DNA of 64,000 nt from Diadema antillarum (lineage: Eukaryota), in assembly GCF_040938485.1 (NCBI RefSeq), contig NW_027271000.1, positions 2,666,001-2,730,000 on the forward strand, in the 5' to 3' direction. Shown here one piece after another: positions 24,782 through 36,500 of the stretch (positions within the stretch are counted from its first letter, which is position 1; each line of letters begins with the position of its first letter). The notes beneath the pieces are model-generated. The model was not told the origin of the DNA. It saw nothing but the letters and a program-made list of their open reading frames with translations, and did not search any database. A program made the translations under genes and the position numbers.

Positions 24782-27496
24782 ATGGCAGCGCCCTGTGGAG
24801 GGAAAGACGAAATCATTGTCATTGAGGGAGATGTTTTCCGGAAAATGGATGCTATATCATGGCAAAAGCTGGTTTACAAGAAAGTTCGGGTTCAAGCAGC
24901 TCACAAGTATAGCTACACTGGCTGGATATACACTATTGATCCTGTATCTAAAAGGTATGAAAAATTGAAGCATATTCAAAGTCAGATGACGGGATAATGT
25001 TTCATTCAGTCCCATCTATTAACTTTCATGTCGCTTACCATGCATTACATTACGGTAACGTAACCAGATTTTAGAGTGGTCGCCGGGGATCGCCCGCCCG
25101 GTGCTGTAGATCAAGTCTGATGTGAAAGGGATATAGCACGTTGACTACTGCTTAGAAATTGAGTTTTCGTAGTTATGAATATAGTGCAATGATTCTCATG
25201 AGCCTACTATTTGATGTAACAACCGTGTGGACTATGCAGTTGAATTGTGGTGTAGCCTGGCGCCTGGGCCCTGGATCCAAAAACACCTTGTAACACCCTC
25301 CATGCTAATTTCAATGCTATTGTATTGAAGTAAAGTTTAGTGTATTACAGTTGTATGTCAGGAGACCCTGACAATCGGTCTTTTAAATTCAATGTAGGCC
25401 TACATGTAATTGGTATGCAACGTCTCTAACGTACGTGTATGTAGTTCTGTACTACTAACGTTGTTACTAGAGTAAGAACCCCAATTTTCGGCCGGCCTCC
25501 TATATCCGGACACTTACCACTTATCACAAGGCAGCAAAGTCGACTGTCACAGCACAAGCATATCACATCGTTTCACATACTAGCACACTCGTTCACCACA
25601 CAAAAATGCCCGAGTCACTTCCAAAAATCCATTTAAAATCCCAAATTTTGCCGTCAAAATCGCGGAATCGCCTCGACTTTTCCAAAGCGCGCGCAAAAAG
25701 GGCCCGTGTAAAGAATCGGGGTCGCCGAAAAAGTGCTAAAAATTGAAAAATTACGCCGTTCCGTTGCGAGATTTTTCGCTTATCGCAAGCTCGGAGTGTG
25801 ATGGTATCCTCAAAAACACAAAAGAAAAACAAAATCTCCGTACGTGCCGATGCAGTGAATAAATGTACAGGGGCTGAATGCAAGTGCAGAGGCCCCAAAA
25901 TTCGGACACGAACGGGCGCCGCAACATCCCCAATTCAACCTTGCGTCAACAAGGTATGGCGCGTGCGGATTTTTCAGCGGCCTTGTATGCGTACTGACAT
26001 TGCACGCGTGTCCGGATTTTGGAGAAGCTGTCCGAATTTTGGGGAATTGACAAGGTGATAATATTTGGGGATTTTGTGAAATTTTATGATCGGTTTAACA
26101 AAATCAATATTGGGAAAAATTAGTTTGATATATGTAACAAACATTATTTTAGATATCATATTGTGGAAAATTATTTGAGTTGAATAAATATTGCAAAAAA
26201 GCTTAAGTGTCCGAAAATTGGGGCTTTTACTCTAGACTAAATAGTGTAACGAAAGTATTGTTGAATACAGACTAGTGCAGTGTTGACTCTAGGGCTGGAT
26301 ACGTATACCGGGTAGGATAATTAAGTGCAATCTCTTTTTTTCATTGGATAAATAACAATAAGTAGTGATACTATATAGACTAATGGAACCATATAAGTAA
26401 AAATAGACCCACTGCACTGTTTGGTTGTGATGTTCTGAAACTGAATAGCCCATAAGTGGTGTACTGAAGTACGTCAAAAAAGTGACTATTCAGCGCCAAA
26501 TTGAGATTTGTACCAATGATCTTCAGGTCATGTACAATGTAGGCTGACAATATCTAAGTACATTTGAACTAATGCATTTACTGATCTCAGAATTTCAATA
26601 TCTGCCGGTACATGTGGGTGTATTAGTCAAATATTCAAATATTTTCTTTTCTGTTAAAAAACACTGGAATGCTTCCAGCAAACAGCACTTATTGTTCCTT
26701 TGCAAGAGCTACAGTCAGTAGCAGAGACAGAAAACTGGCAGAGTCTAAAGTCTGAAAGCCAGGCCCTTTCTCATCTTTGATCTTTGATGAAAGTTTTGCT
26801 GACAATTCCTGCTTCATACATGTACCAATTTGCTGACAAGTCTCACTCCATACACCAATTTATATACAGTGGAACAGCCAACTCCCCCTCCCCCTTTCTT
26901 TGAGTTGGCTGTTTAATAAGAAAGGGGGGGGGGGGGGGATCAATTTCTACAGCAGCTATAGTCACCTATACAATGAATGCATTCACTTTGGACCAGTGTG
27001 CAATAAGGCTTTAAACCTTCATAATACCAGTAAATGCATGTCTGACATTGAGTGGTTTTCTTGGTTAGTGGTAGCGACATGTTTTAAACTTCCTGTATTC
27101 TCCATCTGCAGCATCCTCTTGGCTGACTTTGACACCAAGTCCTCAGATGGGCAGATACCACTCACTGTCATCCTTGGGCAGGAAATATCCCACGTCCACA
27201 TCCTTGACGAGGACATAGACAAGCATAGAATCTCATTGGACCAACTCTTCCATTGTCAATCACACGAACCTTCACTGTCCAAAGAGGAAATATCTGCAAA
27301 GAAGCAGAAGTTGAAGGAGTGGCTGGAGCTACATAGGGTCCCTGTTACGGTATCTGGCAAAGATGGCGAACTGCTTAATGTCTCACAGGTGCTGACCATT
27401 GAGCCACCATATTCAGCAGAGAACTGTGTGTGTACAAATGAGATCATACTTGCTAGAGTGCAAGCACTAGTGAGGAACATGCTTGATACAACATGA
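24782..27496 (+). CDS. GEMIN6: Gem-associated protein 6 (SMN complex), 2 coding exons: 24782-24954 and 27112-27496, 185 aa
   Basis: Spliced product contains WQKLVYKKVRVQAAHKYSYTGWIYTIDPVS-SILLADF...LKEWLELHRVPV...VLTIEPPYSAENCVCTNEIILARVQAL. This matches the GEMIN6 Sm-like fold and C-terminus as I recall the human protein (WQDYIYKEVRVTA...VLTIDPPYGPENCSSSNEIILSRVQDL). Junction AG|gtatga ... ctgcag|C is phase 2 and in frame. Confidence 0.96.
25470..26232. mobile_element. TIR element with TA target duplication in the GEMIN6 intron (superfamily uncertain)
   Basis: TA|GAGTAAGAACCCCAATTTTCGG ... CCGAAAATTGGGGCTTTTACTC|TA, 20 of 22 TIR bases matched. The reconstructed empty site is CTAG. Confidence 0.75.
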
Positions 27497-28040
27497 CAAA
27501 CTTAGAGGCTGCTTCAGAGAGGAAAACAACGTGATTGGATCACACAAAAAAATGTCATAAATTTGTATCAACTTGTGAGCAAGTCCTAATGAGGTGTTCT
27601 TCAGCAGAAATAGACCATAGAATGAAAGGATGCTGTGTGGATAGTCCATGTGATGGTGTTCATCTGCAATGAACAAATATTGGCATAAATGTCTTGCAAT
27701 ATCTATCAGTAAATATAATGTACTCTCTGTCTTGGTGTCAAGTGTTTGACAACATTGCATCAACCAAGCATTTAATATGGAGACCTTGCAATGACATGGA
27801 GACAATCACATGCACATGTATGGGGCACTCCATGCGCAGAAATGAGTATGCACATGTAAAGTGAAACTGTAGACCAGTTGTGTTCTTTGTAGTTACAAAA
27901 TCCTGCTTTAGCCATCAAAGCATACTTTTCATTTTGCACAGCCACTCGGCATTTGGATTTCAGTTTTGTGTAGAGTAGAAAGACATGCATTCAGCATAGA
28001 AGAGAAAGTGTTATCCAATGCACAGAAAAAAGAAAAAGAA

Positions 28041-29103
28041 ACTAGACATATCGCTACGGCTACTGATATGCCTCCGCCATAATGCATGGTTCTCCTAATA
28101 GGTCTATAGTACAATGTCTTGACAATGTGTGATGACAGTTTCACACAATTGGCAAAATATTAAAAGGACAGGTTTGACACAAATGTGCTGAATGTTCACT
28201 TTCCTAGAACTAGGTTCAATTGGATGAATGATTAAAATGTCAGAGTGCAGGTATTTGGGGAACTGATGATTTTTACTTGACTTTTGACCCTTTTATAAGT
28301 TTATGCATTGAGTAATTTTCAAGGTATTGAGGAAAAGTATAATTTCAGTATCAAATGGGAAAATAGCATTATCTAAACCTGGCCTTTGACCTTTGACCTC
28401 ACAGTTCCAAAGAGAATCACTGTTAGGTTGAACATGCATAAATATGTAAGTTTCATGATGATACCTGGAGTTACTTTCGACATATGGAGGAAAAAGTGCA
28501 ATTTAGCACTTTCACTTGACCTTTGACCTTTTGACCTTTGACCTTTTGGCAAGAAACTTCCCCAAAAATATATATTGGGTAATACATGCCATACATCAAG
28601 TTTTAAAAAAAAAAACCTTCAGGCATATTGCATTCTAAGGAAAGTAGTGATATTTTGAGGAGTTGACCTTGACCTTTGACCCCCTGACCTTTGACCCACG
28701 ACCCCAACTTCCCTAGATAATCACTGCCCATCAGTACAAGCATATATACTAAGTTCCATGAAGATACCTTAAACCATTTGCGAGATATGGAGAAAAACAT
28801 GAAATTTCAATTTTTTTTTTCACAAAATAACCTGTGACCTTTGACCTTTGACCCTGTGACCCTAAAATCCACACAAAGTATTATCCCCCAAGGATATACC
28901 CTCATACCAAGTTTGATGTAAAACCACCACACGGTTCTTGAGATATCGACAAAAACAAAACGGGACGGACGGACGTACGGACGGACGTACGGACGGACGT
29001 ACGGACGGACGTACGGACGTACGGACGTACGGACGGACGGACGGACGGACGGACGGACGACCCGAAAACATAATGCCTCCGGCCACTTCGTTGCGGAGGC
29101 ATA
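28041..29103 (+). mobile_element. Pearl-like / HINE element with (ACGG)n microsatellite and 3' stem-loop
   Basis: 11-bp subTIR TATGCCTCCGC (28067-28077) / GCGGAGGCATA (29093-29103). 3' hairpin ATGCCTCCG...CGGAGGCAT. Many TGACCTTTGACC motifs. ACGG/ACGT tract at about 28962-29059. Confidence 0.85.
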
Positions 29104-31624
29104 AAAAGAAAAAGAAGGTACACTGTATAGCTCCACTAGATGGAATAAGGACGTCACACTTGATTCTGTGGGTAAATACATTGCTAGAATGTTTAAGAAT
29201 GTGTAGGAGTGCTTTATCCTGTTGAGAACGAGTCCAGAGTATACTCGGGCAGGTGTCTATGGGAATTGCATGCTGTAGCAAAATCAGCTCGTCCTCACCT
29301 GGTTAATGGTAGAATACAATTAACCTCGCAAAAGTCAACATGCATGGGACTGGAGAAAATCTGTTGACTTCAGTAAATGTTGATTTATGCTGAAGTCAGT
29401 AAAAGAAAAGGAACTTCAGAATTCAGGACTTTTTCTTTGAAGTGACTTCTGCAACTTATCAACTCGTGTGACATCGCCTTGGGTTTACATGACGTGACTC
29501 TTGAGTGATACAGTCATAACATTGTGTTGTATATGTCTCATTGTAAAAACAACTTCAGCCACTCCAACAAACAAATGGGATTGTTGCCATTCAGATATTC
29601 TGATGATATTTTAATATCTTCTCCTTTTGCTTGACAATGAAGCACAACCGCACAGTTTGATCTAATAATTTAGTATATTTTTTCTAGCTACAACTACATT
29701 TATGCAGATAATTGGCATGGACTTGTACACATACAATATGTAAAACAAAAGCACCAACAGGCTATTGTAATATTTCAAAGCCTAAAAGCTTTGATACGGT
29801 TAGATTATGCTTGGCACTGTATTATCAACACAATAAACAACTAGAAGAGTCCATTTTATGGGGTAATTTCATTTTCTTTTGTTCTTTCACTGACACAGTA
29901 CAAGATATATTCCGTATGGATTTTAAGCATGCTTGAGTTCAGCACAATGCAATAGCGCAAGTAACACACTGTATTTCCTGATTAGCAGCAAGATTTCTTT
30001 GACCATGATTACAAGGCACCACTCATGTAGACTAACATTTCTTGGAAGACTTTTTCTTTACACTTGAGTAAATTGGGGTTTAAGTACAAGCAGACCAAAG
30101 CCTTCGTCCTTATGCCTTTAAGAAATACGGCAGCAGCATCTCCAACAGAGTACATGTATTTATGTTCCATAACATGTAAGTTTTGAAACGGTGATCCTGT
30201 TTCAAGAACAAATAGACTGTATATTTCTTCAAATGTTTGATTACACATTCAAATGCATGTAAAGCACATTAAATTTGCATGCATACAAATGCAGAAGGAA
30301 AAGTACTTCCCAAAATTGTGCGAGTCATATGGAATACATTGAGAAATGGATTAAAATATTTTCTCAGTTCCAGTGCACATTATTTACTATACTTTGTGTT
30401 GTCACGTTCCGTTCTCAACCATAAAGCCCTAATGATAAAATCTGACTTCTCATATTCTCTTGCAGTCACTGAGGCAATGCTTTTCGTGCAGTGGACGGAC
30501 AGTCTCTCTCGGCCCTATCCCAATCTAGCGTTATTACAAATTATTTCTTATAAAGTCCAAAGTCCATGTTTATTTGCTCCAATGTGGGAAATAAAAAAAT
30601 AAAATGAAAACTCCTAATTCTATTTGGTCTTCCACTCCTTTCATTAATAGCCATTATTAAATGTACTACAAAGTATATTTGTTTACAAGTATGAAAGTTG
30701 TATTTCAATGGTAGGGCCTTCAGGAGTGTCATTTCTTGGGTATGACCTTGAAGGCCATACACAGAAGTCAAAATGTGACACAGTACAATGTATATATATC
30801 AGTCATTAGAATATACAGTTCTGTATTCGAAAAATAATATGTCTAGATTCCACAAGCAAAATTACAGACCAGTGAAATGAGCATTAGTGAGCACTGTCAG
30901 AACAGTTTCAAGCACATTGTATTTGTAATGCCATTTGGTCATCTTACATGGCATTCAAAAGGGAAAGCTGACACTGAAAATATGTTGGTGTGAATAGAAA
31001 CAGAAGAATGAGAGGAACAGGACGGTGAAAGTTTGAGCAAATTCTGTTCAAACCTAAGAAAGTTGTGATTTTTTTAAGTTGTGGTCTATCACACTCAAAT
31101 TGGCAACTCCATGATGTAGTATGTGAGCCCACCTTCCATTTGTCATGATACATTGTAATAAAATTCCACAAATCTCTCTCTTTATGTTTCATCAGAATTG
31201 CTCAAACTTACACTGTCCTGTTCCTCCATTTTTCCTACACACTAATTTTCAGGGTGGACTTCCCCTTTAATTTGGGACTCAATGTAAAATTCTCTTGGTC
31301 TGGTGACTTACTCAGTTTGCAAGTGCACTTGCACAGACCTTTGCAGGTGAATTAAAAAACAAAACAAACAAAACAAATTCAATTTAAGAAAGGCATGTTG
31401 AGCTTGTACATCCAATATGGAGATTGCTTATTTTGGTTCTCTGTCACAAAATTTAACATTACATGACAAACACATACAGCGGAAACCATCATCTCCAAAA
31501 TTTGATAACACACTAAAAATAAGAAACTTGCATGCAAGTTATGCAAGTCTACAAACCAATCTACATTTCTCCCTTGGATTACAGCTCATTCACCAAGGTC
31601 AAACTTTTAAATACAAGGCGAAGG

Positions 31625-32143
31625 TACTGTATACGCTATATATTTCGCGGGGGTTTTATTTTCGCGAATTTCGCGAGTCGGGAGCTATTCTCGAAATTAA
31701 CAACACGCGAAAATATTACCTTCCAAAATGAATCCCTTGCCTTGATGATACGAAAATTTCAGTACTAGTATACCACGTCACGGCTTACCGAACAGACCAT
31801 ACTGGCAAAGCTTGTTTACGCACGTCCACGTCTACTTACGAATACTGTAGAGAGCCAATCCATTATCGCAAGGGGACCACTCGTCAGAAATCTAGCGCGA
31901 TGGACTTAACCACTTCAAAAATGTTGAATTCTAACTTACTAGTTCGCAGAGTTTGGTAAGTTTTTTTTCATGCAGTGTATCACTAGTATCATTCTTATTT
32001 GCTAGTAAGTTGAAAATTCACACTTTCTTTACCACTTCATATTTTTTCTGGTCCCCCAATCGCGAATTTAACCACTCGCGAAAATGTGTGACAGCAGCAA
32101 TTCGCGAAAATTTATGTACGCGAAAATTATAGCATATACAGTA
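31625..32143. mobile_element. TA-flanked MITE with TTCGCG subterminal repeats (family A, full length)
   Basis: TACTGTATACGCTATA ... TATAGCATATACAGTA termini, and multiple TTTCGCG/CGCGAAA repeats at both ends. Confidence 0.75.
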
Positions 32144-33590
32144 GTAGCCAAAGCATCTAGATATATCCCTATATATTGCAGAACCATGGCTAGACCCTGG
32201 CTGGATCCTGGCCAGTACAACAACAAGATTTATGTAGATTTCCATGCACACGCTAAAATTTCAGGTTGCGGACCGCCCTGAACCATACATGTTCTTTCAT
32301 TTTTAGCTAGATTGAGAAAATTGAATTCAAGCACATCAATATGTACTCTCCTCGTGTACCTGTCAAAAGACAGTTAACATGATGTAGAAGCTCATATTCC
32401 ACTCAGCACATGTACAACAGTTCATTAATTTGGGGAGCATATGGCACAGACTCTTTGGTAAAAACTCGTGATGCTTCAATATTTGAGCATGCACTACAGT
32501 ATTCTTCTCAACTGAAATACATTGTATCTCACATCTCCTGATTTCTGCATACACACATTGATAACCACATTCAATGCAAATAGTATAATTGTACGATGTA
32601 TTTGCTTTTCTCTCAATCTCAACTTTTTTTTTTTTTTGCAATGACTAAGACAAATATTTAATTCATACTGACTTCAATATATGTATTAGCATACTAGCGG
32701 AACTACATCGAGTGTAGACATATTGTAGGATTGGCAGGCTTATAGCCTTGTAATACTGTACATCTAGTTTCATATTTTCACTTTTGCATACTACATTGTA
32801 CAGCTGCAATTTACTTACTGGTAATTCATTGCTAGATGAAAACCCAAGTTGTGACAAATAATTGCACTATACCCACCATGAAGAGTTGTACTGTTTGTAT
32901 GTATCATGCCTTCATCAAGATTTTAAAAATAAAAGATCTAGGCAATACATTGCAACTTCCTCATACGCAAAGTTCACAGAGAGTTCTATTCCCTTCTGAA
33001 CACGAATGCACAATTAAAAACAACTTTAGTTGTTCATAGCATCTCCTTCATGGCTTAGTTGCACATCATGGCACTCTTTGATGTTATTGCTTGCATAGAT
33101 TAATCTTCTGAATGGGACAGGATTGAATTCATGAATTCACTGTCAAATAATTTATTCCCTTTGCACATTTGCAAAACATTCATATAATTCTATTTCATGT
33201 GCCTTGTAAATTCTAGCAAAGTAATGATGATAGTAATGAATGAGATAATAGTGATGATGAAAATTATAATAATTTTCAATATTACTCTTCTATTGTTATG
33301 ATTCTTGCCACACTGGTAAAGTAAACAGAAATCAGAAATGTCTAATTCCAATTGCACATCTCACATTAAGGATGTTATGTTTAAGTGGTATGCCAAACTA
33401 GTCAAATATGATTATAAATTATATATCATCCAGGTACTGGAACTCCTGATAGGCTTCACCGATTAGTAAACTGATTGGTCATGCAAGCAAGATTTATCTA
33501 TTGGGAACTCCCTATGTGGCTCCCTCATTTGAGCGCTTCAGTCTTCAGTTGTGCGTACGGAGACAGACAGCTCGTGTCAAGAGCCCAGCA

Positions 33591-36500
33591 TCACTGGGTG
33601 CTGATGAGCTGCACGATGGCTGCAATGATGCGGCTCCCTCGGGGGCAAGTGTTGAGATCCATGTCTGGCTGCTGGATCTTGTCGGCCAGGAGCTGATCCA
33701 GCTCCCTGCGTAGCTCCCTCATGAGCTCTCCCACCTGCCAGGGGGGAGTCGGGGAAGGTCAGGGAGGTCACTTTGTGGGATAGGGACTTCTTGGGGGACA
33801 TTTCATCAACCGTTTTGTCCGATTTTTTTGACAAACTGATTTAAGCTACTGAAATCTATTATTGTAAAACCAGAAATGTTTGCCTACATGAAACTCACAA
33901 AGTTTGTGAGGAACCATGATACGCAAAACTAAAATGCACGTAAAGGTTTTTATCTACACAATCCAGTCCATGTAGTATATTCATACGTTTGTTTGTTTTT
34001 TCTACTGGCGGAAATTTGCGAAAGTTTATGCTGCAAAAGTTTCTGGTTTTACTGTAGTTCCTCAACACATCATCTTCATATAATTTCCTCTGCAAGAAAA
34101 ACATCAGCTAAAAGTTATATTTGCTTACGAGTACATTTTCCTTACAATGGAAATTTGTCTACACAGTTATTACATAACATTTCAGTCATTTAACAATAAG
34201 ATTCTGATCTCAACTATGTAAAAGTATAACTTTTACATAATTATCCCTACCATTCCTGCGCTACTTATTGATCAACATCTTAAATTTCCATATACTATCG
34301 ATAATGCACACATAAAATTTGAATATGGTACTTTGAGAGAAACAAGGAATTAGCCTCTGAAGACTGGCACAGTTACCTCAATTGATTTGACCTTAAACTG
34401 AATCCAGCCAGAGTCAAGCGAGATGATGAACTCCCCGGCTTTAAGGTCAATGTTCAGCTCACAACCACCAAACAGCAGCAATGGGTAGACTGACACCATG
34501 CTGCAGTCACGAATGTAGACCTGTTTACAACCAAACACGCAAGGACAGTGTGCATGGATTTAAGCTACGATTGATGTATGAATACATCTACTCAACACCA
34601 AAGACACAATGATGACACAGACACAGATGATACAGAATGATGTAGTATTAAAACAACAGTACACTGGTACCACATCCATCACAAAAGTAGTAAGAATTCA
34701 TTAATATTGTACTATGATGCATTGATGAGCGTATATCTGCTTAATTCCATACCAGACTTCCTCTGATTAGTCTTTTTCTTTCTTTCTTTTTTCATCTTGA
34801 ATTTGTTATTATTTTTTTTTTTGGGGGGGGGGTAGTCTTGAGTGTCTATTTCATAAAACATAGTGTGTGAGTGATCTAGACTCTTACTTCTTTTCTACTC
34901 AAGGAGATATCTAGTAATGTAGGAGAGAGAGGAGGGGGCAGAAATACTTTTCATCCTCAGACAAAGCTTGATTCAATGCAACACTTATTTATACTTTTAC
35001 AGTCTTACAAATACATATGTGGCTAGCACAATGCACTGCTGAATCCCTTGCTATGAGCAATAATGGGACTTCTATCTTGTTTAAACTGTGTTGATAAAAC
35101 AAACAATACAAAACTTTACTCAATACAGCCTTTAAAGAAGCAAGACCTTTGTCTTTAAGAGTATTCTTACCTTCGACGTTTTCACCTTCTCCAAGAAGAC
35201 AAGGTAGGGGCTCTCATAGTAACGCACTTGGAAGTTGACGGACTTGGGATGGACATTCACCTACAGTGAATCAAAAGAATGCAATGTCAAATCATAAGCT
35301 AATAAGTGCAGTGATATACAGTGACACTCGTGGCATGATTTTACAGTCAAGCTCATTTATAAGGTCAGTTGTTGTTTTGGGGGTTTTTTTGGTGGGAGAA
35401 ATTTATTACATGTATGATACTTGTTCCCACTGTAGTATGCAATTTTAGATTTGAAGCAGAGCATAATATGTTATCATAAGAATTCAGTTTCTCCTAACAC
35501 ACTGATATGAAAGCTTCTTTCTGACAGTCAATATCACAACAAAACATACAGTATGAGGAATTTCTTTCCCCAGACAACTTAAAAGGAAATCAGGATTTAT
35601 TCCTTAAACTCACGTAGCCATCATCCTTGGTTTTGAATTTCAGCTCCTGGGCCTTGGGGTTCATGGGGACAGCTCCTGAGCTGGTCAGACTGTACTTGGC
35701 CTCCGGAGTGAGGACCTGTACCACGTTGGGATAGAGGGCAGCACACAGTACTGCTACAATAAGCCGGTCATTGTTGGCATTGGTATTCACCTAGGCCCAG
35801 AGGGAAAGAAATAATGAAACAGAGATGTCAAAATGAGGGTTATTCCTGAAAAAAAAAAATTTAAAAAATCTTTGTCAATTATTGCTGTTTTCAATGTTTG
35901 TCAGGAAAAGAAGAAAGCAAATGGCATGCATGCACATGATAGTCCACACAAGAGCAAAACCACAGATGCTGCATGATGAAATTCAGCAAACAGTTCCAAC
36001 CTACCTAGTATGGCCTTAAAATAATACTTATGATATGCTGGTACATCTGACAAACTATTATGTTTGTTAGCATTTCTATGCATACATGGTTTGTGGAAGG
36101 GCTTTGGAATTTTTTTCATCCACACTGTCAACTCTTAAGCAAATATTTAGCAACATTTTCTTTGCAAATTTTTTCGATATTGATCAATACTAGGTTAAAC
36201 AGTTAAGGATGACATAACTAGTTGTGTTTGTGATAGCATTGATTACAGTTTAATGAAAACCCAAAACCCTTAAAATCTCCCATAGAAAATTGATTGACAT
36301 ACAAACACCGGTGTACACATACTTACAATTTACAACTCTTGAAAAAAAAAATCATCATGTACCTGACAACTCGTGTTAGGATGGGGAATTTTGTCTATGT
36401 CCATTTTGGACAGCATACAGAAGATTATGAGAAAGCTTTGTAAATCAAGCCACAAAGCATATTCCTCCTGAATATCTTGATATTGTTTTTTGAGTCTTTC

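Noticed and set aside
28807-29281. ORFs with VRPS/DGRT repeats
   Set aside because: Translations of the (ACGG)n microsatellite in the pearl-like element.
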